Sequence record: SRR20825006_2064
DNA: 64,000 nt
Direction: 5' to 3' (one strand)
Below are positions 37,180-47,700 of this stretch, one piece after another. Position 1 is the first letter of the stretch. Every line of letters starts with the position of its first letter. The position numbers were made by a program, and so were the translations under genes. The notes under the pieces are model-generated. The model saw only the letters and a list, made by a program, of their open reading frames with translations, was not told the origin of the DNA and did not search any database.

Positions 37180-38801
37180 GCTATCTCGAGCTTCAGGCTT
37201 GCCTTGATCATATCCGCGCATTTTTCCGCGATCATGATTGTGGGCGCGTTGGTGTTGCCACCTATAAGCCTTGGCATAACGGAAGCATCAACAACCCGAA
37301 GCCCTTCGATGCCAATCACTTTCAGCTCGGGGTCCACAACGCTTGATGCATTGTCCTTTGGTCCCATTGCACAGGTCCCCACGGGGTGATAGATCGTCTC
37401 GGCCTTTTTGCGGATAATGGCTTCGGTTGTGGTGTCATCATCAATATCCACCCCAAACCACGGGTCTTTTTCCCGCGCGGTCAGGTTCATAAGGGCTGGC
37501 TGGTGCATCAGGCGGCGCACAGTTTTCACGCCTTCCCGCATCACGCGCAGGTCTTCATTTGCACTTAGGTAACGAGGGTCGATCTTTGCGGGCGCGAGCG
37601 GGTCGTTTGAACGCAGGCTGATAGTGCCCCGGCTGTGCGGGCGAAGCTGGCACACATGAACACCGTAGCCATGCTCGTGCGCATCTTCAAAACCATGTGG
37701 TTTATCCGCCATCGCCAGCATGATGTGGAACTGGATATCGGGCCGTTCAAGTGCGGGATCGGTTTTGAGGAAAGCTCCAACAGGTGTCACACAGTCAGAC
37801 AGTACCCCGGGTTTTTTGAGGAGCCATTTGAAAAGCTCCGGCAGGCCCCGGTGCGGTGCCTGATACCGGTAAACTGAAATCGGGTCCTTGAGGTGGGCAT
37901 AAACGGTCAGGTCCAGATGGTCCTGCATGTTTTTGCCAACACCCTTAAGCTCATGCATCACCGGCAAGCCCACTGATTGAATATCTTCCGGGTCACCGAT
38001 GCCGGAAAGCTGCAAAAGCTGCGGGCTGTTGATGGCACCGCCACACAGGATAACTTCGCGGCCTGCGTGCCATGTCTCTAGGCGACCTTTGCGGCTCAGT
38101 TCAATGCCGGTGGCGCGGTGCCCTTTCAGGATCACGCGGCGCACTTGGGCTTCGGTCAGGATCGTGAGATTGGGCCGCTTTGACGCTTCGCGCAGATAAG
38201 CTTTCGCCGCACTTTGCCGCCTTCCGTCCCGAATGGTTTGGTCGTACCAGCCCACGCCTTCCTGGTTCGGGCCGTTGAAATCATCCGTATGGGGCAGGCC
38301 CATTTCTGCTGCGGCATTCAGGAATGCGAGATTGATAGGGCTATCAGATGTATGCTGTGTGGTCTTGAGTGGGCCGTCCGTGCTGTGCAAGTCATCGGCC
38401 GGGCGGTCGCTGCCTTCGGCCTTTTTGAAGTAAGGCAGAACATCGTCAAAAGTCCAGCCCTTGCAACCAAGCTGGGCCCATTCATCATAATCGCGGGCGT
38501 GGCCGCGCACGTAAAGTAGCCCGTTGATGGAAGAGGAACCGCCAAGCACCTTGCCGCGTGGCCAATAAAGCTTGCGGCCTTCAAGCTCAGTTTGCGGTTC
38601 CGTCCAATAATTCCAATTTAGCTTGTTGGGCGGGACCACCTTGATGATCATGCCCGGTGCCTCTACGGCCATCTGGCCGTCTTTTTTGCCTGCTTCGATC
38701 AAGAGAACAGCGATGTTGCTGTTCTCACTGAGCCTTGCCGCCATGGCACACCCGGCTGAGCCTGCGCCTACCACGATATAGTCGAAGGTCTTGTCACTCA
38801 T
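37176..38801 (-). CDS. GMC family FAD oxidoreductase (alcohol/choline dehydrogenase-like)
   Basis: DYIVVGAGSAG, RGKVLGGSSSING, GAINSPQLLQLSGIG, YHPVGTC, GNTNAPTIMIAEK. Confidence 0.92.
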   Translation of the reverse strand: MSDKTFDYIVVGAGSAGCAMAARLSENSNIAVLLIEAGKKDGQMAVEAPGMIIKVVPPNKLNWNYWTEPQTELEGRKLYWPRGKVLGGSSSINGLLYVRGHARDYDEWAQLGCKGWTFDDVLPYFKKAEGSDRPADDLHSTDGPLKTTQHTSDSPINLAFLNAAAEMGLPHTDDFNGPNQEGVGWYDQTIRDGRRQSAAKAYLREASKRPNLTILTEAQVRRVILKGHRATGIELSRKGRLETWHAGREVILCGGAINSPQLLQLSGIGDPEDIQSVGLPVMHELKGVGKNMQDHLDLTVYAHLKDPISVYRYQAPHRGLPELFKWLLKKPGVLSDCVTPVGAFLKTDPALERPDIQFHIMLAMADKPHGFEDAHEHGYGVHVCQLRPHSRGTISLRSNDPLAPAKIDPRYLSANEDLRVMREGVKTVRRLMHQPALMNLTAREKDPWFGVDIDDDTTTEAIIRKKAETIYHPVGTCAMGPKDNASSVVDPELKVIGIEGLRVVDASVMPRLIGGNTNAPTIMIAEKCADMIKASLKLEIA

Positions 38802-40156
38802 ACGGTTGCTTTCAATGTAAGGGGCAGGCCATCTACCGGCTTGATCAGCGGCATGATCTGGAAGGTGGTTTCATAGCCTTCAGGCAGCGAAATTTCATAA
38901 TGCGGCAGCAGGTGCGTTATGATCACCTTGGCCTGCATATAGGCAAAATGAAGCCCGAGGCACATATGTGCGCCGCCACCAAAGGGCACCCATGCAAACC
39001 GGTGCCGAGACCTTAGGCCGCCTTCTGGCGAAAAGCGCATGGGGTCAAAATTTTGCGGGTCGTCCCACACTTCCGGGTCACGGTGGGTAGACACCATGCT
39101 GATGCCAATGACCGTTCCTTTGGGGATGATGTGGCCCGCATATTCAACATCGCGCACTGTCTCGCGTGCGACAGCTGGCACAGGCGGGTTCATGCGTAAG
39201 GCTTCTTTGAACGCATATTCCGTGAGCGTCAGTTCGTTCATCTTGTCGTAGGGCAGGCGGTCATCATTTAGCCCGAGGGATTTGATCTCAGTGCGCAATT
39301 TTTCCTGCCATTCTGTGTGGCGGCCCAGTTCATACACGAGGGTGGTGACGGAACTGGTGATGGTGTCGTGCGCCGCCATCCAGAGGAAGATCATATGGTC
39401 GATGATCTCCTGATCGGTGAACGTATTGCCTTCGTCATCTTTGGCTTGGCAAAGCTGGGTAAAGATATCGGTGGATTTGCTGTTCTGTCGCTCAGGGATC
39501 AGCTTGCGCAGGAAGTCCACCATAAAGGCTCGTCCCTTCACGCCCTTGGCCATCAGGCTTCCGGGGATGGGGACGCGCACAATGCCCACACTCGCCGCAA
39601 CCATGTCGGTGAGGGCTTTGTTGACCTTGCGGCTGTCGTCCCCAGGCTCAAGACCGAGGAACACGGTTGTCGCCATATCAAGGGAGAGCTGCTTGATTGC
39701 CGGGTAGAACTGGAAGCTGCCCGCTTTGCCCCACGCCTTGATGCGTTCGGGCATATCGTCATTGAGCCGTTCAAGATAGCCTTTCATCGGGCCAGATTTG
39801 AAGGCGGCGGCCATAATGTGACGGTGAGCTTTGTGCTCATCAAAGTCCATCAGCATCAGCCCGCGCGGGAACAGCTTTTCAAGATAGGGCGCCCAGCCTT
39901 TCTCGCTTGAGAAATTGCGCCCTTTATCCATCAATACAAATTCATTGGCCTCAGGCCCAAGAAGGTTGACCGTGTCACGGAAGAAGCTGTTGGACCGGTA
40001 AACGGTTCCATACTTCTTGCGCATATACTGGCCAAACCCTACCGGGTTCTTGAGCACCTGCATGGTATGACCAATGATCGGCCACCCGGTCTCACCTGGA
40101 ATATCTTTAAGTTGCGCACCCTTCCCCGATGCGCTGCCTTCCGCTGCCGTCCGCAT
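38798..40156 (-). CDS. Cytochrome P450
   Basis: I-helix AAHDT, EALR, FDPMRF, heme motif FGGGAHMCLG; ATGA-coupled to the GMC gene. Confidence 0.95.
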   Translation of the reverse strand: MRTAAEGSASGKGAQLKDIPGETGWPIIGHTMQVLKNPVGFGQYMRKKYGTVYRSNSFFRDTVNLLGPEANEFVLMDKGRNFSSEKGWAPYLEKLFPRGLMLMDFDEHKAHRHIMAAAFKSGPMKGYLERLNDDMPERIKAWGKAGSFQFYPAIKQLSLDMATTVFLGLEPGDDSRKVNKALTDMVAASVGIVRVPIPGSLMAKGVKGRAFMVDFLRKLIPERQNSKSTDIFTQLCQAKDDEGNTFTDQEIIDHMIFLWMAAHDTITSSVTTLVYELGRHTEWQEKLRTEIKSLGLNDDRLPYDKMNELTLTEYAFKEALRMNPPVPAVARETVRDVEYAGHIIPKGTVIGISMVSTHRDPEVWDDPQNFDPMRFSPEGGLRSRHRFAWVPFGGGAHMCLGLHFAYMQAKVIITHLLPHYEISLPEGYETTFQIMPLIKPVDGLPLTLKATV

Positions 40157-40301
40157 ATGCGTCCCCCAACACGTTAGTTGTCAAAAACGGAACTGGATAG
40201 TCTAGAAATAACTATAAGCCGGTATTGGCCGCTGTCAAACCGACAATCGATGAGTTGATGAGCACAGCGAGGCGGCGCGTTGGTGGCAGGCTGATCGATG
40301 A

Positions 40302-41081
40302 TTATTGGTTCACAGGCATGGTCTTTTGTGTGGCGTGCCACGGGGCGTAGCTACAGCGGTTGCTGGATGCGCCCTCAGGCAGGTCCCCAAAGTGAAATTG
40401 TACCTGAACTCCTTCCCGCTTTACGGGCTTTCCGGCCGCCAGGAAGGGATGATACTGCCAACGTTTCAGCGCATTTTCCGCGCGGTCACTGAATTCAGAG
40501 TTCTGGTTGCCGGAAAGTGGGGAGATATTCTCGACAGCACCCTCAGCGGTGATGTCAAAGCTGAATTCTACCAACCCCTGTCTCTTCTTGCGGGCGGCTT
40601 TCCTGGGCATTTCAAGTGTCATGCAGGATTTCATGTTCTGGTGCGGGTCCTGGGGGTTGCCAACCGAAGATGGCAGTTCAGGCAGTTTGGTGTGCGTGCA
40701 GATGTGGTTGTCGGCGGCGCCAAAAGTGAAGGTCAGCTTCACATCTTCGCGGCGCGCGATTTCAGCATCCTTCACATAACCAAAATACTGCCAGCGGTTC
40801 AGGGCGCGGGTGACATAGTCGTCCATCACGCCTTCAGGTACGCTTTCTTCAATACGAATGTTTTCGACATCGCCCTCGGGTGCGATATCAAACATCACCG
40901 TTACATAGCCTTCAAGGCGCTGTTTTTTGACAGCGTAAGCAAGGCCAGGGTTGGCGCATTTCGACATCAGCCACATGCCGTCCTGCGGATCGCCATCTTC
41001 CAGTGCATATACAGGCGTAGTGCAGGCCAATGCAGCAAAATATAACCCGTAGAAGGTTGTTAATGTCTTATTTTGCAACAC
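40302..41081 (-). CDS. Secreted protein with two TonB C-terminal-like domains
   Basis: Signal peptide ending VYA; EGYVTVMFDIAPEGDVENIRIEES...RWQY and QGLVEFSFDITAEGAVENI...RWQYHP. Confidence 0.75.
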   Translation of the reverse strand: MLQNKTLTTFYGLYFAALACTTPVYALEDGDPQDGMWLMSKCANPGLAYAVKKQRLEGYVTVMFDIAPEGDVENIRIEESVPEGVMDDYVTRALNRWQYFGYVKDAEIARREDVKLTFTFGAADNHICTHTKLPELPSSVGNPQDPHQNMKSCMTLEMPRKAARKKRQGLVEFSFDITAEGAVENISPLSGNQNSEFSDRAENALKRWQYHPFLAAGKPVKREGVQVQFHFGDLPEGASSNRCSYAPWHATQKTMPVNQ

Positions 41082-41476
41082 TATTTCCCCAAGAAATATG
41101 GCTGATATCGGTGTCCAATGCCCGTTCCCAACAACCTATAAGCTGGGTTATAGCATTGCAACTTTCGATTATTGTTTCCTGCGGTATGAAGTGTGAACAG
41201 GGGCAGGGTGATAGCGGCTAACCTGCTATTTCCTTGCTATTTAAACTGATCCGTGTTTATTGGCGACCACGCACTGCGCGAAGATGACGACCGTATATAG
41301 TATTTGTCGTTGGCGGTGACATGAAAGAGCAGCCACCAATACTGACGCTGCCACGAGAAAGTGCCATGGGCACACAAGACCCGGCAGCTGATCTCCGCAA
41401 GCTCCCCTACAGAATAATAATCGTTGCCTGGCCTAGACCGGGTTAGCCGCTTGCAACGACAGATGAAAGCTTTCAC

Positions 41477-43108
41477 TTGAAGCAATTTACTGACCTCGGC
41501 ATCGCCGAGGCCCTCCTTCGTGCCGTATCGGCAGAAGGTTACACCGTGCCTACACCAATTCAGGCAGAGGTGATTCCTGCAATGCTTGCAGGGCATGATA
41601 TTATTGGCATTGCACAAACAGGTACCGGCAAGACCGCGTCGTTTGTTCTGCCACTTCTTCACAAGATTTCGGGCCAGCAAAACAGGCCAGCGCCAAAAAC
41701 ATGCGGTGCGCTTATTCTTGCGCCAACGCGTGAGCTTGCAGCCCAGATCGCGGACAATATCAAAAGCCACGGCCAGTTCATGCGTATGAGCGTGGCTGTT
41801 GTGGTGGGCGGCGCCAACCCGCGCCCGCAAATTAACGCCATGGCAAAAGGTGTGGATATTCTGGTGGCAACACCGGGCCGCCTTGAAGACCATATGCAAG
41901 CGGGTGCTATTCGCCTGCACCAGACCACGGCCGTGGTGCTGGATGAGGCTGACCAGATGCTGGATATGGGTTTCATCCCCGCCATCCGCCGTATCATGAG
42001 CAAAGTACCTGCTGCGCGGCAGACCGTGCTGATGTCGGCAACAATGCCGAAGCAAATTCGTGGTCTTGCGCAGGATTTCCTGAAGAACCCGAAAGAAATT
42101 TCCGTCACACCGGCTTCAAAACCGATCGAGCGGATCGACCAGACCGTTCTGCATGTTGCCAAGGGTGACAAGCGTGCGAAGCTGGTTGAGTTGATGAGCG
42201 ATAAAGCAATCGACCGGGCCATTGTGTTTACGCGTACCAAACACGGCGCGAACAAAGTGGCGCAGCATCTGGAGAAATACGGCCTGCGGGCTGGTGCGAT
42301 CCACGGCAATAAAAGCCAGGGCCAACGCCAACGTACGCTCGCGGAGTTTAAATCTGGTGATGTTCCTATACTCGTTGCCACCGATATTGCTGCGCGCGGC
42401 ATTGATGTGGACGGCGTTTCCCATGTGGTGAACTTCGAGCTGCCAAACGTGCCAGAGGTATATGTGCACCGGATTGGGCGTACAGCCCGTGCGGGCAAAA
42501 GCGGTATCGCGATCACACTATGTGATGCGGAAGAGCGCGGCCTGTTGCGTGACATTGAAAAGCTGATTGGTAAAGGCATTGCAAGCGAGGGCAATGTGCC
42601 AGCGGTGAATGAGGACGATATAGCTGCTCTTAAAAAAGCAAATGCGCGTCCAGCTCGTCGTGGTGGCCAAGGCGGTCAACCTCGCCGTCAAAACGGCGTG
42701 AGTGAAAAGCATGCTGACGGGCAACCAAAAAACAGTCGCCGCCGGAACCGACGCGGTGCGAAGCCACAGGGCCAGACTGAAGGGCAGGGCAGCAACCAGA
42801 ACGCGTCATCGCGTGGCGGTGCTGGTGCCGGACAAGGTCAGGCTCAAACAGGCGAAAAGCGGCACGGTGAGAACCGGAGCGATCAGGCGCGTAACGGAAA
42901 GGCCCGTAATGGCCAATCTCGCAACGGTCAGGCTCGCAACGGTCAGGCTCGCAACGGAGAAGGGCGTAATGGCCAATCTCGCGATGGTCAGGGCAAACCT
43001 GCCGCCCGTAGTTATCGCCAGCCGGGTAATGATGGCTCAGGTGCTGGCCTTGCGCGTATGCTTGGCAATATCGACAGTTCCCAGAAAAAGGTGAGAGCCG
43101 CGTCGTAG
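41477..43108 (+). CDS. rhlE: DEAD-box RNA helicase (RhlE-like) with long basic disordered tail
   Basis: PTPIQ, AQTGTGKT, PTRELA, DEAD, SAT, ARGID, HRIGRTAR; TTG start. Confidence 0.9.
   Translation: MKQFTDLGIAEALLRAVSAEGYTVPTPIQAEVIPAMLAGHDIIGIAQTGTGKTASFVLPLLHKISGQQNRPAPKTCGALILAPTRELAAQIADNIKSHGQFMRMSVAVVVGGANPRPQINAMAKGVDILVATPGRLEDHMQAGAIRLHQTTAVVLDEADQMLDMGFIPAIRRIMSKVPAARQTVLMSATMPKQIRGLAQDFLKNPKEISVTPASKPIERIDQTVLHVAKGDKRAKLVELMSDKAIDRAIVFTRTKHGANKVAQHLEKYGLRAGAIHGNKSQGQRQRTLAEFKSGDVPILVATDIAARGIDVDGVSHVVNFELPNVPEVYVHRIGRTARAGKSGIAITLCDAEERGLLRDIEKLIGKGIASEGNVPAVNEDDIAALKKANARPARRGGQGGQPRRQNGVSEKHADGQPKNSRRRNRRGAKPQGQTEGQGSNQNASSRGGAGAGQGQAQTGEKRHGENRSDQARNGKARNGQSRNGQARNGQARNGEGRNGQSRDGQGKPAARSYRQPGNDGSGAGLARMLGNIDSSQKKVRAAS
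42884..42988 (+). repeat. Seven imperfect 15-bp tandem repeats encoding xxRNG units
   Basis: QARNG KARNG QSRNG QARNG QARNG EGRNG QSRDG. Confidence 0.9.
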
Positions 43109-43217
43109 GCCTCGGCCTGCGACTACCACCCGAAAACCAAGCTAATTGAATGCTGGGATGCCGCATCGTCATTTCTCAAGACTTTGTCGTGGTCAGCCTT
43201 TATATGAGGAAGACATA

Positions 43218-44009
43218 ATGACAAAAACTCTAGGCTGGAACCGCCTTGCGCTGGTGCCCGTTGCTGCATTCCTGCTGCTTGCCTTTGTGCAAGGTTCGCT
43301 TCTGGCGCAAGCTGCGGTGCCTGCAAACGCCCACGCAAAACCTTATGCTGGGGGTTGGGAATGTAACCGGGGTTTCGAGGCAGAGGGTGAAAGCTGTGTC
43401 CCGATCAAGGTCCCTGAAAATGCCTATCCGAGCCTAAGCAGTTATGGCCGTACATGGGATTGCAAGCGTGGCTTCAACGTTCAAGGTGAAACCTGCGCGG
43501 CGATTGCGGTGCCAGCTAATGCGTACCTGACAGCATCAGGCGACCGTTGGCGCTGTGACCGCGGATACAGGCAGACAGACAATTCCTGTGAACAAGTGGC
43601 TGTGCCAGTGAACGGCTATTTGACCGACACTTCGTTTGGCAGCGGTTGGGACTGTGAGCGCGGCTTTGAAAAGGGCGACAACAGCTGTACCGCGATTAAT
43701 GTACCCAGAAACGCTTATCTTTCTACCACCACCTATGGGCAGGGCTGGAAGTGTGACCGTGGTTTCAAAGCAGAAAACAACAGCTGCAGGGAACTTATGG
43801 TGCCAGCAAACGGCTTCCTGAACGACGCGGGTGAAGACTGGAAATGCGAGCGCGGTTTCAAGCAATATGGTGAAGAGTGTTTGGCCGTTAAGGTGCCGGA
43901 AAATGCACACCTGGATTACACCGGGCAGGATTGGGAGTGTGATCGCCCCTATATCAAGCAGTTCGATACGTGTGACCTGCCAGAGGCGCTGGCCTCCCGC
44001 ACAAAATAG
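43218..44009 (+). CDS. Secreted cysteine-rich repeat protein (7 repeats of 31-33 aa)
   Basis: GAGGA RBS, signal peptide; repeat VPxN(A/G)x..WxCxRG(F/Y)x6C. Confidence 0.85.
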   Translation: MTKTLGWNRLALVPVAAFLLLAFVQGSLLAQAAVPANAHAKPYAGGWECNRGFEAEGESCVPIKVPENAYPSLSSYGRTWDCKRGFNVQGETCAAIAVPANAYLTASGDRWRCDRGYRQTDNSCEQVAVPVNGYLTDTSFGSGWDCERGFEKGDNSCTAINVPRNAYLSTTTYGQGWKCDRGFKAENNSCRELMVPANGFLNDAGEDWKCERGFKQYGEECLAVKVPENAHLDYTGQDWECDRPYIKQFDTCDLPEALASRTK

Positions 44010-44015
44010 ACAATG

Positions 44016-44043
44016 AAAAAAGCCGGGCGACAAGCCCGGCTTT
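44016..44043. terminator. Bidirectional terminator between convergent genes
   Basis: AAAAAAGCCGGGC-GACAA-GCCCGGCTTT. Confidence 0.85.
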
Positions 44044-44075
44044 GATACTTTTAGCCAAACAACAGAATACTGGAC

Positions 44076-44552
44076 TTACCTGCCGACAGACGCGGTGGTG
44101 CTTTCCGGAAGTTCCGTATGGGTGCAATCTTTCCCTTTTTTTGGTGCCTTAGGCCCAAAGGTGAAGGTTAGGGATACGTCCTTGCGGGCCGCCTCGGCAC
44201 CGTCCTTGATATAGGCGAAATACCGCCAGCCACGCATGGCATTTTTTACATTCATGTCCATAAGGCCTGCGGGTTCGCTCTCCGTAATACGGACATTTTC
44301 GACCCTGCCATTGGCTGCAATATCATAAAGCACGGATACATGGCCGGATACTTCATCCCGCCGGACCTCATAGGAAAGTCGTGCACCTTTGCAGCGTGAC
44401 GCCAGCCAGTAGCCGTCTGTCGGGTCTTCTTCCGCGAGCGCAGCAGGTGCTGATGTGAAGGTAAATGCGGCCACGGCTATGGTCGATAGCGTCAGGCCGA
44501 TGGTTTTACGTAAACTTACGTGTGATTTGAGTGCTGTACATATGGAATGCAT
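44076..44552 (-). CDS. Secreted protein with one TonB C-terminal-like domain (paralog of 40302-41081)
   Basis: GAGGA RBS before ATG 44552; signal peptide ending ALA; SGHVSVLYDIAANGRVENVRITES...GWRY. Confidence 0.75.
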   Translation of the reverse strand: MHSICTALKSHVSLRKTIGLTLSTIAVAAFTFTSAPAALAEEDPTDGYWLASRCKGARLSYEVRRDEVSGHVSVLYDIAANGRVENVRITESEPAGLMDMNVKNAMRGWRYFAYIKDGAEAARKDVSLTFTFGPKAPKKGKDCTHTELPESTTASVGR

Positions 44553-44724
44553 GTTTCCTCTTCCTCTTCGAGAAGTGACTGTCATGCTCCACTGTCGTAA
44601 CTATGGTCCCCAAAACTTCTGGCTGCTGATGCGCAGCCTTATCCCCTGATTTAAGGCATCCCCATGCCTGCGCGCGATAATAGGCCCATTATGGGACAAA
44701 CGCAACCGTCCGCCGTATTCCGGC

Positions 44725-47700
44725 TTACTTTGGGCCAAATCCACCACCACCAGGTGTTTCAATGAGCACACTGCCTCCTTTGGGTAGCGTGACGCTGTCT
44801 GCCGCGCCAAGCTCGGCCTGATTGCCATCAGGATAAAATACGGTGGTTTTGCCGGGCAAGCCACGCTCCCCACCCTGTAGGCCCGGAGGGCCAACATCGC
44901 GGTGGCCAGAGAGGATGGCAAGCTCCATCTCTTCCATAAAACGAATGCGCCGCGAGGCACCGTCACCACCCTGCCATCTGCCATTGCCGCCGCTATTCCG
45001 GCGGATGCCAAACTCTTCAATCACGACCGGGTAGCGCCACTCCATCACCTCCACGTCTGTCAACCGGCTGTTGGTCATGTGAGACTGAATGGCGGCGGTG
45101 CCGTCAAAGCCGTCACCTGCGCCTGTGCCGCCCGCGATGGTTTCATAATACTGATACTCGGCATTGCCGAAGGTGAAATTGTTCATGGTGCCTTGTGAGC
45201 CCGCGAGCGCACCAGCTGCCAGGAAAAGCGCGTTGGTAACAATCTGGCTGGTTTCCACATTGCCGGCCACCACAGCGGCGCCCGGTGTGGGGTTCAGCAT
45301 ACAGCCCTTGGGCACAATCAGTTTGATGGGTTTGAGGCAGCCCGCGTTCAGGGGGATATCCTCGCCGGTGAGCACGCGGAAAACATACAGAACCGCCGCT
45401 TTTGTGACCGCAAGCGGAGCATTGAAGTTATTATACTGGGTAAAACTTGTGCCAGTGAAGTCGACCGTAATTTCGCGTGCCGTATGGTGGACTTTAAGGG
45501 CGACCTTAACGGTAGCGCCGCAGTCCATTTTATAGGTTGTTTCACCGTTTTTAAGTTTGGTGATAACCCGGCGTACAGCTTCTTCGGCGTTGTCCTGCAC
45601 GTGTCCCATATAGGCGGCCACCGTTTCTGCTCCAAACTCACCCACAAGACGCCGCACCTGTGCCGCACCGCGCTCATTGGCGGCGACCTGTGCTTTCAGG
45701 TCCGCAAGGTTCTGGTGCATGTTACGGGTAGGGTAAGGGCCGCTCGCCAGCGCGTCCCGCACTGCGCTTTCCTGAAACTTGCCGTCTTTAACCAGATGGA
45801 AGTTTGTGAAGCGGATGCCTTCCTCCTCAAGGGTTTTGGAGTGTGGCGGCATGGAGCCGGGGCTGATGCCACCGATATCGGCATGATGCCCGCGAGAAGC
45901 AACATAGAAGGTGGGCGAGGTACTGTTATCATCAAATACAGGGGTAATGACGGTGATGTCCGGCAAATGAGTACCGCCCGCCATCGGGTCGTTCAGCATG
46001 AATACATCTCCCGCTTTCATGCTGCCTGCGCGCTCACGGATAATGGCGGAAACACTTTCCCCCATGCTGCCCAGATGCACCGGCATGTGCGGCGCGTTGG
46101 CGATAAGCTGGCCGTCTGCGTCGAACACAGCGCAGGAGAAATCCAGTCGTTCTTTCACATTGACGCTGTGCGCAGTTTTTGCAAGCACACCGCCCATTTC
46201 TTCCGCAACAGACATGAAGAGATTGTTGAAAATCTCCAGCATGATCGGGTCAGGTTTGCCAAGGGATATATCAGCCTGCGATTTCTCTTCGGTCCTGAGC
46301 AATAGGAGGGTGTCGCCGTCATCAAGACAGGCAGCCCACCCGGGCTCTACCATCGTGGTGCCGCCGTTCTCAATAATGATGGCGGGACCGGGTACCTGGT
46401 ATCCCGGTTTCAGCTTGTCCCGGTCATAAACTGCAGCGCTTGTGCTCGCACCCCCGGCAAAAACACCACGCTCGCCAACCGGTGCGGTGTCTGCTCCACC
46501 GGCGTTGATGTTGAGTGCTGTGGTTGCAGCACCCCCGATCGCCTCAGCTTCCACGGCCTCAACAACGATGACCTCGTCATCTTCTACAAAACCAAATGCG
46601 GCCTTGTGTGCTACCTCGAACGCCGCCTGCATGGCCTTCGGTTCCTCGACCTTGACACTCAGCGTTGTGTCTGTGCCGCGATACTTCAGTCGCGCGCTGA
46701 TGTGCACGGTCTGCTCAGCTGCTGTCACCCCTTGTGCTGCCAGCGCCTTGCTGGCCTGTGTTTTCACATGATCTGCGGCTGTTTGCAGGGCATCAAATTC
46801 ATCTAACGGGCTTTCAAGCGCCTGTTCTGCGATGGTGCGTTGGTCCGCGAGCCCCATACCAAGTGCTGACAGCACACCAGAGAAAGGCGGCACAATAACC
46901 TTTGTAATGCCCAGGGCATCGGCCACAAGGCAGGCGTGCTGCCCACCTGCGCCGCCAAATGTGAGCAGGCCATATTTTTTGATGTCATGCCCACGCATGA
47001 CCGATACCTTCTTGATCGCCCGCGCCATATGTTCCACAGCCACACGGAGGAAGCCCTCGGCCAGTTCTTCAAGGCTCAGTTTCAGGCCAGTGGCGTCAAA
47101 CAGGGCTTTCTGGAGCGCCTTGAAACCTTCCCTCGTTTTTTCCACATCCAGCGCGGTTTTACCGTCCTCACCAAATACTTTGGGGAACAGGTCGGGCTGT
47201 AGTTTGCCTAGAAGCACGTTGCAGTCTGTCACCGTTATAGGCCCGCCACGGCCATAAGCGGCGGGGCCGGGGTATGCGCCAGCACTTGCTGGGCCAACCT
47301 GCAAGCGCCCGTCGCTGATGCGGCAAATGGAACCGCCGCCAGCTGCAACCGTGTGAATATCCATCATGGGTACGGTCATGCGCACACCGGCGACCACGGT
47401 GTCGAACACCCGCTCATACTGGCCAGCATAGTGGCTGACATCGGTGGACGTGCCGCCCATGTCAAACCCAATGAGGTGCTTAACACCTGCACGCTCACCG
47501 CTTTTAGCCGCGCCCACAATGCCGCCCGCTGGGCCTGATAGTACAGCGTCCTTGCCCTCAAAGGCTGTGGCGGCCGCCAAGCCGCCGTTTGATTGCATGA
47601 AGTAAAGGCTTGTGCCCCCCACAGCGCTTTGCACTTGGTTGACGTACCGCCGCAGGATGGGGGAGAGATAAGCGTCCGCCACGGTGGTATCACCGCGAGC

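Noticed and set aside
41659-42594. Long antisense ORFs (e.g. 41659-42594, 3050-3925, 45484-46305, 30820-31584)
   Set aside because: Shadow frames of well-supported genes in GC-rich DNA, with no motifs of their own
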